From Callorhinchus milii (Eukaryota), in contig NW_024704743.1 in the NCBI RefSeq assembly GCF_018977255.1, forward strand, positions 32,614,001 to 32,678,000: DNA of 64,000 nucleotides. The letters run 5' to 3'. Position 1 is the first letter of the stretch, and every line of letters starts with the position of its first letter. A program made the translations under genes and the position numbers. The notes under the pieces were generated by a model, which did not search any database, was not told the origin of the DNA, and saw only the letters and a program-made list of their open reading frames with translations. Shown here piece after piece: positions 13,077 through 26,779 of the stretch.

Positions 13077-14529
13077 GTAGATCCCCCCCCCCCCCCCAAC
13101 AACACCGCCCCCCCCCCCCCACACACACACACACACTCACACTCACACACTCACACACAGGGAATGGATCCCACGAGAGGCTGGAGCTCACTCCTCTGTG
13201 GTCTCTGTGTGTGTCCACCCACACCCCCACCCTACACCCCACCCCCACCCACACCCACACTCCCACACCCCCCCCCACACTCCCCACACCCCCACCTCTC
13301 CCCCACCCCATACCCCCACCTCAACCCCCACACACCCCCCCACCCCCCCTGCCCTCTTCAGCTTAGTCACAGTACTCCCTGTAATGGGGGAAGCTTTTCT
13401 CCGCCCTATCCCCCTAAACGGCACAGATCAGATATAGCCCGAGAGAGGTGTATCATGTTATTTCTAAGAGGTTGTGGACATACGAAGTTAGTTCGCATTA
13501 ACTGGACCAAAGCAACACTCTTAAAAGACATCAGTCCTCAGAGGAGAGAAGGATTTGGAAAAGTTTGCCCTTTATATGGGTAGCGCGAAGAGCTGAAAGA
13601 GCTGTGCTTCGTTTTGCTATGTTCCAGTGATAAAAATGCTGCATTTTAACACTATTTCAACAACCGCGGGCTGACAAGCAGATTGGGCTAAAACGTTGAC
13701 CAAACACCTTTTTTTGTGAAGATATAATAAGGATAATCTGGGCACTCAATCCACAACTGTTTGTGGACATTGCTGGGCGCAATTGGCTACCAGGTTTCGC
13801 CCACAAAATAATTATGGTTTGCATCTTTAGTGTATAGATGACCCAAAAAAAGGAAAGGCGTTCCATTAAATGGAAGGAAGGACGTAGAATAACCAAATGG
13901 TTGAGGCAGTTAGCTACACTTATACGGGATTTACCCTTTCTACCTAGAACCTCAATAACAAATAATCTACACGACTATTAAACTTTAATAAAAAAAAGTT
14001 TACAGCTAAGGTTTATCCCCCTTCTTTCATGATGCAAATAGAATCAAAAAGCTCTGTTATGGCACTGATATGTAACTCCATTGTGATGAGTATGAAACAT
14101 GGCTATTCTACCTCCTGAAGGCAAATAAGATTTGCCAAAGTTATTTCCTCATGAATTCATTGACTGCAACGGATCTATTCATAATGTTTTCCAGTTTCTG
14201 AACATATTAAGAACTATTTTGCAGAGTGAAATTCCTTTTATCACTTAGGGTAGCAACTTTGATGACAAACATATAAGTTAGCTATAAGTAAAATATCTCA
14301 TCCTTGATGTTCAGATGCAATTTATTTAAAAGACAGTGTTGTGATTCAGACTTATTGAATTATGTGCATGTACCTGTTTCAGTTGGTAGCACTCTCACCA
14401 ATGAGTAGGAAGGTTGTCGGTTCAAGCTCCAATTGGGACTTGATACCCCACATTGAGGTCTCCATTTCACCATTGATAACATCATTCATAGGGATGGGGT
14501 CTACATGGATAACACCCAACCCCAACTCC

Positions 14530-15780
14530 CTCTGCCTCCGACCTTACCCCAAATGAAGCCAAAACCCTCATGCGTGTGTTTGTCACCTCCTGCCTGGATT
14601 ACTCAAATGCGCTCCTTGCTGGTCTCCCCAGCTCCACTATTCAAAAAATGCCGGTTGATACTTACCTGGACCAAACTCGGTACCCTATCTCACCAGTTCT
14701 GGCCAGGCTCCCCATCACCATCGACTTCAATATCGTCTCGTGTTCAAATCCATTCATTCCCTGGCAGCTCCCTACCTCTTCGACCTCCCCACTCCGCAAT
14801 CCACCACCCGTCGCCTCCTCTCAACTGGCACCAGCCTCCTATTTGTACCTCACACCTTCCGCTCCACCATTGGAGGTTGCGCTTTCAGCCACTACGTCCC
14901 AAAACTGTGGAACATTCTCCCTCAATACTTCTGCCTTGCCCTCTTCCCTTTTTCAAGTCCCGCCTGAAAACCTTCCTTTTTGACTGTGCTAAGTCACTTC
15001 CCCTGTTTCCAGGGCCAATGCTGTTCTGACTAATGCCTGTCAGATATCAAGTTCTGGATGAGTTTTAACCTTTCTATAGCTCAAAATCAAGAAGACCAAG
15101 ACTCTCCTTTGCTCCCGTCAGCTACCTTCTACCTCAGGCACTGGCATGTGGAGGCTCCTTCCCCTTTGCAGAAGTGGAACCTATCAAGTCTTGTCCACTG
15201 AGTTTTATTTGATCTCTAATTATTTTCAATTCCTACGTTGGGGCTGTTATCTGCTTGGTTTTCCCTCATACCTGCAACATTGCCTATATATGCCACTACC
15301 TCACCCACAAGGGCTGCCGAAGCCCTGTCCAGGCATAATTATTCTAATGTTCTTCTCATCAGACCACTCATCTCCTCTCTACACAAGATGCAGACTAACC
15401 AGCGTAGGTCCTCTGCTGTACCAGGTTCTGAGAGTCCATCATCCCGATTCTCGCTCGGCTCCACTGGCTCCCCATTCCCCAGCGGATCGAATTCAACAAC
15501 CTCATCTTTACTTTCAAATATCTCCTTTGCCTTACCCACCCTACCTCAGGACTCTCCTACCCTGACAACTTCCTCCAATCAATAAACACCAACCTGTCTG
15601 ATCCGCTCCACAATTGGTGGCCGAACTTTCAACCATTCTGCCTTCACTCTGGAGCTTCATTCTGGAATCCCTCTGCTTTGCTCCCTCCCTCAAAACCCAC
15701 CTGAAAACCTATCTTTTCAACCATGGTTTCAGCCATCTTCCCCCCCTACCCCCTGCCCTGACACCCCACTCCTCCCCCAC
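14530..15780 (+). mobile_element. Two old L2 3' fragments
   Basis: FVTSCLDYSNALLAGLP; LKTHLKTYLF. Confidence 0.7.
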
Positions 15781-16875
15781 TTCCCCTAGTCCCTCCAGCT
15801 CCAGTTCCCAGTCACGCTATATAATTACAACTGTAAAATTATAATGGAAACATTTATACAATTGATATACTACCTTTTATCAAAATATTTCAAAGAATTA
15901 TTCTGTAAAGTTAATGACTGTGTATTTGTAGATCATGGCAGCTGCCAATTACAGAGCAAACAGCCATGAAGTGAATGCCTTTTTTTTATCGGGGGGATTG
16001 TTCATCAGGACACCATGAGAAGCCCCCTTCTCTTTTCAAATAGTGTCATGGGATCTTAAAAAGCACACCTGTTGAGGCAGATGGGACCTTGGTTTTATGT
16101 TACATCCGAAGGATGGCTCCTCTGACAAAGAAGTACGCACCCACACTACATTGAATTTCTTAAACTGGATGTTGCAATGAATGCAACAAAAAAAATCCTT
16201 GCATTTGATATAGTGCCTTATCATGTCTTCAAGATGTCTTAAAGCACTTCACAAAATATAATGTAAAGTGAATTGACCTCTGCTCTCCTGTCACAGTAGG
16301 GAACATGTTATGAAATTTACCAATACGTTTTACTTGTAAATCCCATCGTTACCATTATCCCATATACATTATTTTCACTACGATTGTCTTTAAGCCCTGA
16401 TCACAATTCAATATTTTTGGCAGTCCTCTCACAGGATTCATTCAATGGGTTTGTTGATTTAATTTACGTCACTGATCTTGGCAAAGAGATATTGTAGGCT
16501 ACACAGGAAAAGAACTCTGAATAATAGTCAATGTTCATACTACATGTGAGCAACTTGAGTTCTCCACCAGATGAATTGTACAAAATTAATTTACTGGCAG
16601 CCTGATTCATGGTTACTTGGAAAATGTATAATACAATCAATTTATTTGTGTTTCTCAGACTCAAATCACAGTCCCTAAGTCAACATTGAACACAACTTGT
16701 TTTTACTCCAGTCTTCAGTTGCACAGTGTATCTGTGACCTTCACAGACCTATTTTGGAACATATACAGCTGGTTTCAAGGCAAAACTGAGTCATTGGGGC
16801 CAAAGAAATGAAAGATCTGTTTGTGACACATAAGTGACAGCGCAACAGGAACATAGTAAAAACTTATTCGGAAAC

Positions 16876-17885
16876 AACCCCACCCCACCCAACCCCACAC
16901 CACCCACCACCACCCCCCACCACCACCCTACCCCACCCCACTCCACCCATACCCCACCACCACCACCCGCCACCCACACCCCACACACCACCCACACCAC
17001 CCCATACCCCACCACCACCACCCCCACCCCCCACCCACACCACCCACACCACCCACACCACACCACCCCCACCCACACCACCACCACCACCCCCCACCCA
17101 CACCACCACCACCCCCACCCACACCACCCACACCCCACCCACACCACCCCATACCCCACCCCACCACACCACACCCCCACCCACACCACCCCATACCCCA
17201 CCCCACCACCCACACCCCACCCACACCACCCACACCCCACACCACCACCACACCACCCCCACTCCACACCCACACCACCCCATACCCCACCCCACCACCC
17301 ACACCCCACCCACACCACACACCACCACCACACCAACCCCACCCCCCACCCACACCCCACCCACACCCACACCACCCCCACTCCCCACCCACACCACCCC
17401 CAACCCACACCCCACACCACCCACAACCCCACCCCACACCACCACCCACCCCACACCCACCACACCCACACCACCACCCCACCACACCCACACCACCACC
17501 ATATACCACCGCACACCACCACCACCCCACACCACCCACCCAACCCCACACCACCCACCACCACCCCCACCACCACCCTACCCCACCCCACTCCACCACC
17601 CTACCCCACCACCACCCACCCTACCCCACCCCACTCCACCCCACCACCCTACCCCACCACCACCCCCCCCCCACCCCACCCCACCACCACCACCCCCCAC
17701 CCTACCCCACCCCACCCACCACCACCCCCCACCCCATCCCACCCATCACCACCCCCCACCCCACCCACCACCACTCCCCACCCTACCCCACCCCATCCCA
17801 CCTACCACCACCCACCACCCCACCCCACAGTGACTGGAGGTCTTCCCCATCGCACATACACACACACATCACCACACCCACACTG
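16876..17885. repeat. C/A-rich low-complexity tract (ACCCC/ACC units)
   Basis: Directly visible; reverse-complement relative of 12150-12950. Confidence 0.95.
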
Positions 17886-20721
17886 ACAAACTCCCCATCT
17901 CTCCTGGGTAAAATAATAATAATAATTTGATATGACAACAACTTGCATTTATATAGCCCCCCCTTCCCCCCCACCACCCTACTCCCCTCACAGGGGTAGG
18001 GTCCCAGAGCCCTGGCAGAGTACGACACCGAGCCGGGGTGGGGGGGGGAAGGGGAGGTGACCGTAGGTGCGGTCGAATTGGAAGGTCTTCAGGCGCCACC
18101 TGAGGATGGGGAAGGAAGGGGCAAGGCAGCGGGATAGTGGGAGAGTGTTCCAGAGTTTTCACAGTAGCTGAAAGCACACTATCAAAGGCTCTGAGACTAT
18201 AACGTTCGCGAGAGGCCCTATACAAATCCAAGTTGTGTGTAATTATATTGTTGGTTGTTAATTCCCCTCTGGATAAAGCAATGCTTCTGGTTGTTTATCC
18301 TGAAAACTTGGATTTTGAAGTCCCAACTCTGTGACCTCTTTTGTATCATTTGATTCTATTCAGATGCACAGGAAACAACAGGTTTCCTGTACATTTGAAA
18401 GTTTGGTTCTGACTTTACTTCCCCAATCACAGTTAAAAAAAGAATCTCTATTAGGTCCATTGCTGAGGGATCTTTTTTCAAGACTAAACAGCCCAAGTTT
18501 GTGAAATCATTGCTGGTTAGTTATGGCCACTTCTGGTTTATAAAATTTATTTTCACCTTCATTGCAATATATAACAATAATAATAATAATCCTTGCATTT
18601 GATATAGCGCTTTTGACATCTTTTGGACATCTCAAATCGCTTCACAGAATAGACTATGAAGTGAATTGATTGTATATTTGTGGGTGAAAATGTGGCAGCC
18701 AATTGCACACAGCAGGTCCCACAAACAGTCGTTGATTGAAGTGACCAATTTATTATTGTTTTTTTTTGAGGATTATTATCAGGGTGTGGTGTAAGGAAAC
18801 TTGTCCAAGGTTTCACCCTGCCGGGAATTGAATCCAAGTCTCTCGTTTGCAAAGCGAGTGCTTTACCCACTAAGCTACAGGACTCCACAAATAGCTTCAA
18901 ATAGGTCAGAGCAGCACAGACACACATTCTTCCCCCATATCTATACAGCCCTTGCTCCAAGGGAAGAGCACTGTCCCTATTGACCAGTTCTTGTTCCATA
19001 TAAGTCAGCACTTATCAATTATCAGGCACCAAGTAGTGTCTACTGATATCACAGCAACTGGAACAAGACGACGGTTTCCATTCCAAAATGTCTCCTTCCT
19101 CCCCACAAATTAAACAGCCGCAATGCAAGTAAAGCCATGGTTTATTTAAATAATTGGGATTGAGAGAGGGAGATCCAATGACTAGGGGGCAATGTGGCTG
19201 AAGCATGACCACCAAATGTAGTACAGAGAGGTCAGAGGTGCACAGCTGGATTGGCTCCCCAGAAGGGACCTCAAGTTTAATTTTTTTTAAAGAGGTTGAA
19301 ATTGAACGGGACAGCAGATTGTCAAGTATTAACCAATTTTATGCGACTAAAATTCAAAAGATCTCATTGAAGAGATTGTGTGTAAGGCAAAGGAGAATGG
19401 GATGTTTAAAGGAGCATTAGCCAGCCCAAGCCATGGGAATACTGTACGGCTGAATACAAAGAATTAATGGCAGGAACAAGTTAAATAAGAAAAAGAAAAA
19501 TGGATTAATTATCCAGTCCCTGTGGATAATGTGACCAGAAATGCGACCAAAACGCTCGGTAGCATGAAGTAAAATGTGAGAAAGCACTTAATGAGTTAAA
19601 CAATGCAAATCGGAATATATAGGAACAGCTATTTGAAGTCGAACATGCAGCCAGACAGTCCAGTGTGAGGATGTACACTAGTTACATGAAATGAAGCAGG
19701 AGTGTGATACATTTCGAAAACAAGTGGAAGCCGTGTCAAGGAAAAAAGGTCTGGTAGACAAAAAACTGGACGACGTCAAAGCAGCATATAGCTATCTCTA
19801 GGCAGATGACCCAGGGTTCTGCCAACTCACACAAGGAGTGCAAAGCTGAAATAAACAAGTTACGAGCAAAGCTGGGAATTTAGCGGGGAGGTATAGCAGC
19901 TACCAGCCATTGTTTGAGGAAAGTTACAGATTGGGATGAATTAAACAAAGAAGCCGCAGAATACCAATACAATGTACAATATCACATTTGTATAGCGCCT
20001 TTCAGATCGGGAGGATGTCCCAAGGTGCTGGACAGTCAGGAATTTGGACCCGAGCAGGGGTGGGGGTGGGTTGGGATCAGGGAGAAGGATCAGGGGTTAC
20101 AACCCACCAGGCAGGTAGTCTATCCTCAGGCACCAGTAAAATGTCAGTGAGCATTTGATTACTGAGTCAGGAGGTTGTGGGTTGAAGCCCCAAATTAAAG
20201 TTTAGTAATTCAAAATTTTAAATTTAATAAAGTCAGTTAACTTTACAGTATATTCTGTGAAGTGCTTTGAAACATCGCGAAGACGTGATAATGCTCTTAT
20301 TATTTATTATTATTAGAGCTCTTGTTGGATCATTGTCTTTCATATCAAATGTTAACCTGAAGTTCCGTCTGCCTGTTTAGGTGGATGTGGAAAAGAGGAG
20401 AGTTTCTCCTGGTATCCTGGCCAACATTCCTCGGATAAAATTCATCATTTAGACGAGGGTGGACCGAGCTAATGGCTGCTGAGGGCCGGATCCCCTATTT
20501 GAGAAATGTCCATGGGCTGCATAAGCAATATTTTTGTGTTTTCCTTCCAGAAACATAACATAGCATATACAGGTTATGGAAGGAGTGAGTGGGCCAAATT
20601 AAATGAAGTGGATGGATGAAATTGGGCTGCCAGTTGGACCACCCTGATTAGTTCATGGATGTTTGTACATTTCTTTCAAAGAAAACAAAAATGTACACTC
20701 AAATCTTCCCCAAAATCATTC

Positions 20722-20727
20722 TTTATT
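20722..20727 (-). terminator. Candidate polyadenylation signal of the GCNT2-like gene
   Basis: AATAAA on the minus strand about 760 nt after the stop, followed by a U/GU-rich tract (gtgtacatttttgttttcttt). Confidence 0.5.
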
Positions 20728-21483
20728 CTATATAAATACATTTTGATAAAATTACTCCTAGCAGGTATGATCTATGATGTCAATAATGTGGCCACAACAT
20801 AGAAAGTTAACAAGATTTACAGAATTAAAATGAATTATTACACATATTAAAATCACAAGTATTTGAATGCTGATATGTACAAATCCTATTTCTGTAGGAA
20901 AATTCCAAAGCACCATAATTTAATCTACATTTTGTATACATCATTGATCCCTATAGTTTCTGCATTATTTTTAATGCATTATAAATTGAATGCAAGCTGA
21001 TTGTTTAAAACAAGTCTCCAATAGTTGTAAAACCTACACAACATACTATTCAGAGTGTTCAGAATTCCTTTCAGAAAAATAAAATATGGCTTGAGAAGAT
21101 TTTCAAAGCCCTTTTTAAAAAAAAATACACCTGTATCGACAATTCACCTACGCTGAGCAGAACTGCAAAAAACAGAACATAATAATAATCTTTGCATTTG
21201 ATTATAGTGCCTTATCACATCTTCAAAACATCTCAAAGCGCTTCACAGAATATACTGTAAAGTGAATTGACTATATTCTTTGGGGGAAAACATCCCTTTA
21301 ATTCGTTAGTACAGTGATTAAATACTGAACAGTCCACTGCTGCCGCGTTTCGCCCACAAATATACAGTCAATTCACTTTACAGTATATTCTGTGAAGCGC
21401 TTTGAGACGTCTGGAAGACGTGAAAAGCACTATATCAAATGTAAGGATTATTATTATTATCCTCAGTAAATCACTGGTCATCT

Positions 21484-21662
21484 TCAATTGGTGTCACTGT
21501 GAGTGCTCAAATTCAAAGCTTGTTTATGAATCCGGTACTCCAGACATTCTAAGGTTGGAGGGTATCTATGCAGCTCAAATTTATTGGCAAACAAGGAATC
21601 TTCAGCATCCAACCAATTCAAATCTCCAGTTCCATATATACAAATAGCTCTCACATAGTGAC
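21484..21662 (-). CDS. GCNT2: GCNT2-like coding exon 3 (with stop)
   Basis: cag|GT CAC TAT... gives [59 protein letters not shown], 179 nt. Translated by hand. Confidence 0.92.
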
Positions 21663-21829
21663 CTGCAAGACAAAAAGGAGGTCCATCATTTTAGTTAGTT
21701 TGCAAGTTTTAGACATAAATTTGCCATTGTCTCAGCCAAAATACAGCAACTCCAACAATGTAGCACATCGGCAGCACTGCATTAGTGTCAGCCTACGCTT
21801 GTGAGTTTAATGTTTTGATGTTGGGATTG

Positions 21830-22478
21830 AATTAGGAAGCAATTAGGAAGGTTAATAGCATGTTAGCGTTTATTGCAAAGGGGTTAGAGTACAAGAGTAG
21901 GGAAGTCTTACTGCAATTGTATTGGGGTTTGGTGAGACCGCATCTGGAATATCGTGTGCAGTTTCGGTCTTCTTATCTAAGAAAGCATATACTCGCCTTA
22001 GAGGGGTGTTGCAACATAGGTTCACTAAGTTGGTTCCTGGGATGGGGGGGGGTTGACCTACGAGGAGAGGTTGAGCAAACTAGGTCTATATTCTCTAGAA
22101 TACAGAAGAATTAGAGGTGATCTTATTGAAATCTATAAGATTCTTAAGGGTCTTGACAGGGTAGATAGTGTGAGAATGTTTCCCCTGGTTGGAGAATCTA
22201 AAACTAGGGGTCATAGTCTCAGGATTAAAGGTCAGTCCTTTAGAACTGAGTTGAGAAAACATTTCTTCACTCAAGAGGGTAGTGAATTTATCGAAATCTC
22301 TACCCCAGAAGTCTGTAGATGCTCAGTCCTTGAACATATTGATAGATTTTTAAAAACTAAAGGGATTAAGGGATATGGGAATAGGGCGGGTAAATAGAAT
22401 TAGGTTAGAAGATCAGCCATGATCTTATTAAAGGAGTTGAATGGCCTACTCCTGCTCATATTTCTTATGTTCTTATGA
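21830..22478 (+). mobile_element. CR1 3' fragment (GCNT2-like intron 2)
   Basis: LEYKSREVLLQLY, LYSLEYRRIRGDLIE; tail ttcttatgttcttatg. Confidence 0.9.
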
Positions 22479-24437
22479 ATCCAGAGCCTTCTAACAGAGA
22501 GGGGAAATTGTTCAATCTGTGGATTGTTCAAGTGTTGAGAGTCTATCCTGTACGAAGTGCACTATTTAAATGCAGGTATATTTAGTTACAGTATTTTTGT
22601 ACTTTGAATTCAAAGAGCAGATAGTCGTGTAATTGCTTACATGCCTGTGTGTGCACAACTGCCTGGCATGCAGACCTCTTGTGCCTTTTGCTGACACAAA
22701 CTGAGGGTGAGGGAAATGTGTCACACTTACTTGAGGGATAGATACAGAGGGTCGAGAAAACCTGTAAACAAGTAGATAAATATTTGGAACAAAATAAAAC
22801 TGGAGTATGGGGAAATTTTTTTTTTTGGTCAGCCAAGTGTCTGAAACATGTGGAAACCCATCACCATGGTTTAGAGTATCCAAACCAAGCAAAGAAAAGG
22901 GAAGGGGATTAGCTAACTCCGGTGGGGGATCAGGCACAAGTAGAGGCGGCATAGCCCAAATGGTGCTGTATATGTTCCCCGACTTCTATCATTTTGAAAC
23001 AAGCAACTTAGAATCATAGAATCTCACAGCACAGAAGAAGGCCCTTCGACCCATTGAGCCTGTACCGGTTCTTTGAAAGACCTATCCAACTAGTCCCACT
23101 CTCTACCGCTCTTACCCCATAGCCCTGGAAAAAATTATCATCCAACTTTTATTATAATAATACTAATCCTTGCATTTCATATAGCACCTTATCATGTCGT
23201 TGAGAAGTCTCCAAGCTCTTCACAGAATATATTGTAAAGTGAGGACGGGATGCGGCAGACAATTACGCACAGCAGTAACCCACAAACAGTCGTGGGTTGA
23301 GATTTTTTCTCGCTCTTTATATTGGGAGTTTCTCTGTGTTGCTCTGTTTTTGGTGAGACATTAAACTGAGGTTGTGTTTGCTTGTTCTGACAGTTCAGGT
23401 CTCAGTTAAAATAATCTTTACATTTGATACAGCACCATCCACATTGAGACTTCTCAAAGCGCTTCACATGATCATCCTTGATTATACTGCAGCAAATTGA
23501 AGAATCATGGCTTTTTAAAACTCTTGCCACCAAACAAAAAAATGTTAGTAGGTAATATGGGGAGTTGACCCAAACAGACTTCAATGTACAATGATCAAAC
23601 TTTCTTCAGCAATCGGAAATGAAGGTTAAAATTGTAAGGAGCAAGCAACATGCTTCAAATGCAAGACATACACATAATTCAGTAATATTAGATTACATTG
23701 GCCTCATCCTCACCTATATATCCCTCCACTCCCTAGCACTTCCTTACCATTCCAACCTTCTACTCTCCCCTCTGCTCAGCTAACTTGGGCTTGTTGTGGG
23801 TTCCCCACCATCTTCATGCCACCATTAGTGGCCTAACCTCTGGAACTCCTTCCCTCAACTCTTCCATCCCACATCCCGCTCCATCTGCCAAGTCTTACCT
23901 TAAAACCTACCTTACCTCCCCCTTCCCCCTCGCTCAGCATCTGACCACATCCTTGTAAAGCTCTCCGAGGCATTGCAGCAACAACAACTTGCATTTATAT
24001 ACAAAACCCTTCATGCAGGTTAGCATGTCAGAGCGCTTAACAGTAGCAGAGCTTGATACCGAACAAATGGCTCCTTGCATTTGATATAGCGCTTTGAGAA
24101 AGGATGTGACTGTAGGCACAGTTGAAGAGAAAAGTTTGGGTTCAATCCGAAGATGGGCAAGGAGGAGGCAAGATGAGGGCTTGGGGCAGAGAGTTCCAGA
24201 GTCTCTGGCACAGTGACTGAAAGCATGGCTATTGGTTGTGGAGCGGAGGGGACGAGGGATGTGCAGGAGGTCGGAGCCAGCTAAGCAAAGGGGGTGGGTT
24301 GCGGAATATGCCAGCGAAGTAGGGTAAATGCCAGGGCATGAAGTGATATGTATGTGAGTTAATTGCACTATGTGAAGGCAGCAATATAAATAAAGCGTGG
24401 TGCGTGTATTAGATTCAAAATGAAACAATCAATTTAC

Positions 24438-24527
24438 CATAGCACTTCTCTCCCGCTTTCAGACCTTGCCATTTTATAGCACGAAGGTTTCCATCCCAGG
24501 TTGCTGAGGGCATTGAGCCAGGTACAC
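24438..24527 (-). CDS. GCNT2: GCNT2-like coding exon 2
   Basis: cag|GT GTA CCT GGC TCA ATG...TGC TAT G|gtaaat, 90 nt. Translates [30 protein letters not shown] (cf. mammalian GCNT2 [20 protein letters not shown], from memory). Not in the ORF track; translated by hand. Confidence 0.92.
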
Positions 24528-24704
24528 CTGGGGGGAAATATACACAGCATTCAAATTAGTCTGGAATTTCTGGAATTAGTTCAGTTCTTGTAATATAACA
24601 TTTCATAAAAGTATAGCATTTCCGTGAAGTGCTACTCAAACCTATTACACTCCAAAACAATGGAAAAGAATGGCTGGATTAAACCCTTGCCAGTGTTTGA
24701 GAAG

Positions 24705-26100
24705 AAACAACAACAAAATTACATTTGTATAGCGCCTTTCACGTCGGGAGGACGTCCCAAGGCGCTGGACAGACAGAGTTACGGACCCGAGCTGGGGGTG
24801 GGGGAGGGTGGAGGGCAAGGGGGGAAGCAGGGAGATTCAAAGCACAGTTGAAGAGGAGGGTCTTGAGGTGGGTCTTGAAGGTGGCGAGGGAGGGAGCGAG
24901 ATGGAGGGACTGCGGGATGGAGTTCCAGAGGGTGGGGGCAGAGTGGCGGAAGTCCCGCCTGCCAATAGTGGGGCGAGCAGGCAGGGGACGTGAAGCAGAC
25001 AGGAGCCCACTGAGCGGAGGGAGCAAACAGGATGGTAGGGGGTTAGGAGGTCGAGAGGTAGAGGGGAGCAAGACCATGGAGGGCTTTGAAAGTGAGGACT
25101 AGGATCTTGAACTGTATCCTCTGTGTGATGGGAAGCCAATGCAGTTGGGCAAGGATGGGGGTGAAAGGGTCGTGGAACCAAGTGAGGGAGAAGACACGGG
25201 CTACAGAGTTCTGGATGATCTGCAGTCTGTGGAGGGAGGAGTTGGGGAGGCCGACAAGCAGCGAGTTTGCATAGTTGAGCCTCAATGTTATGAAAGCATG
25301 TATGAGGGTTTCAGCGGAGGTGGGGGAAGGCAGAGCGGGTCATGGCGCAGATGTGGGATAGACAGGATAGTTGAGGGTCAAACAAGACCCCAAGGTTGTG
25401 GACTGGCTTAGTAAGGTGGAGTGTGCAACCATGGATGGTGATGCTGTCAGCGCCTGAGGTGAGGAGGCGCTGACGGGAGCCAATCAGGAGAGCCTCGGTC
25501 TTGTTGATGTTCAACTGAAGAAAATTAGCTCTCATCCAGGACTTGATGTCTGACAGACATTCTGTCAGGACAGCAGTGATCCTGGAGTTAAGGGTGGAGG
25601 CAGAGAGGTAGAATTGGGTGTCATCCGTATACATGTGGAAGTTGACCCCACGTCTCTTTGACCATGGCTTCAGCTCCCCTCTCGACTCTCTACCCCCTCC
25701 TCGCTCCCTCCCTTCCCTCCCCTCAACCTGACCATTTCCCCTCTGCTCGGGTCCTGACCCAACTGTACAGCGCCTTGGGACGTCCTCCCGACGTGAAAGG
25801 CGCTCAATAAATGGAATCTTGTTGTTGTTGTTGTTGTTGATGTCACCAAGAGGGAGGGGAACAAGGACAGAGCCCTGAGGAACGCCACACGAGACGGTCC
25901 GGGGGCTAGAGGAGAAGCTGTTTGACCTCTCTGCTACCTTCGATACCGTGGGCCACTCCATCCTCCTCCACTGCCTCTCATCTCAATCTTCAAGGTTCTG
26001 TCCTTGAATGATTCAGGTCTTATCTCTCACACCATCTGCAATTTGTCTCCGCCAACAGTTTCTCTTCTAGCCCCTGCACAGTCTTGAATAGTGTTCCTCA
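24705..26100 (-). mobile_element. L2 mosaic with an inverted young L2 tail inserted at about 25655-25838
   Basis: HMYTDDTQFY, LHWLPITQRIQFKIL; the insert matches 40325-40505. Confidence 0.85.
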
Positions 26101-26162
26101 GGGCTCTGTCCTCTGTCCTTTCTCTCCCATATCTGTGCCATGACCCGGTCTGCCTTCCCCCA

Positions 26163-26309
26163 CTTCCGCTTTTAATGGTCACTTTGTTACTGGAGGTAAA
26201 TTCCCTCACCCCTGTACATATACATAAATATAGTAGAATTGATATTGATTCCACTAGGAAGTGTCCTGACCCTCTCCACAACTCCAACTTTTCCAAAGTT
26301 ACATCTTTC

Positions 26310-26363
<54 letters not shown>

Positions 26364-26746
26364 GATGTGTTAATAACTCCACCACCCTTTGGCACAGAGA
26401 TAGCTCCCATCATTCACAGGCCACTCTGCACAGAGAGATATGGACAACTTCTAGGCAGCTTTCCACAAGCTGCTTGTTTCTCAGCCTTGAGATCGGCAGG
26501 TGTCTGAGGTGCAGCCTTTTCTTTCTTTGGTCCACTGTTCTTACAACTGTACTCAAGGACCTGATTGCTCATTATCTCAGAGGAGTGAATATCTTCCAAG
26601 GAAAATATGAAATGTAATCGGAAACTGACCTCAACCCGTCCAGCAAAGCTACTTTTAACCATTTAACTATCAAACTTTCTGGAACATTCAATTGCTGTTT
26701 GAAATATACGAAGGCACTCTGAGGTGATAGTCGCTATATTTCAACA
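26163..26746 (-). mobile_element. Partial inverted copy of the LTR-like element
   Basis: Reverse complement aligns with about 62557-63080; contains an expanded (TAT)n at 26311-26362. Confidence 0.7.
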
Positions 26747-26779
26747 CAGACCCCCGGGGAACACTGCTCGTCACATCCC

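Noticed and set aside
12057..13583. Long Pro/His/Thr- or Gly/Val/Trp-rich ORFs (also 16791-17886, 29154-30511, 52747-53260)
   Set aside because: Artefacts of stop-free low-complexity repeats; open in several frames and some cross an N gap.
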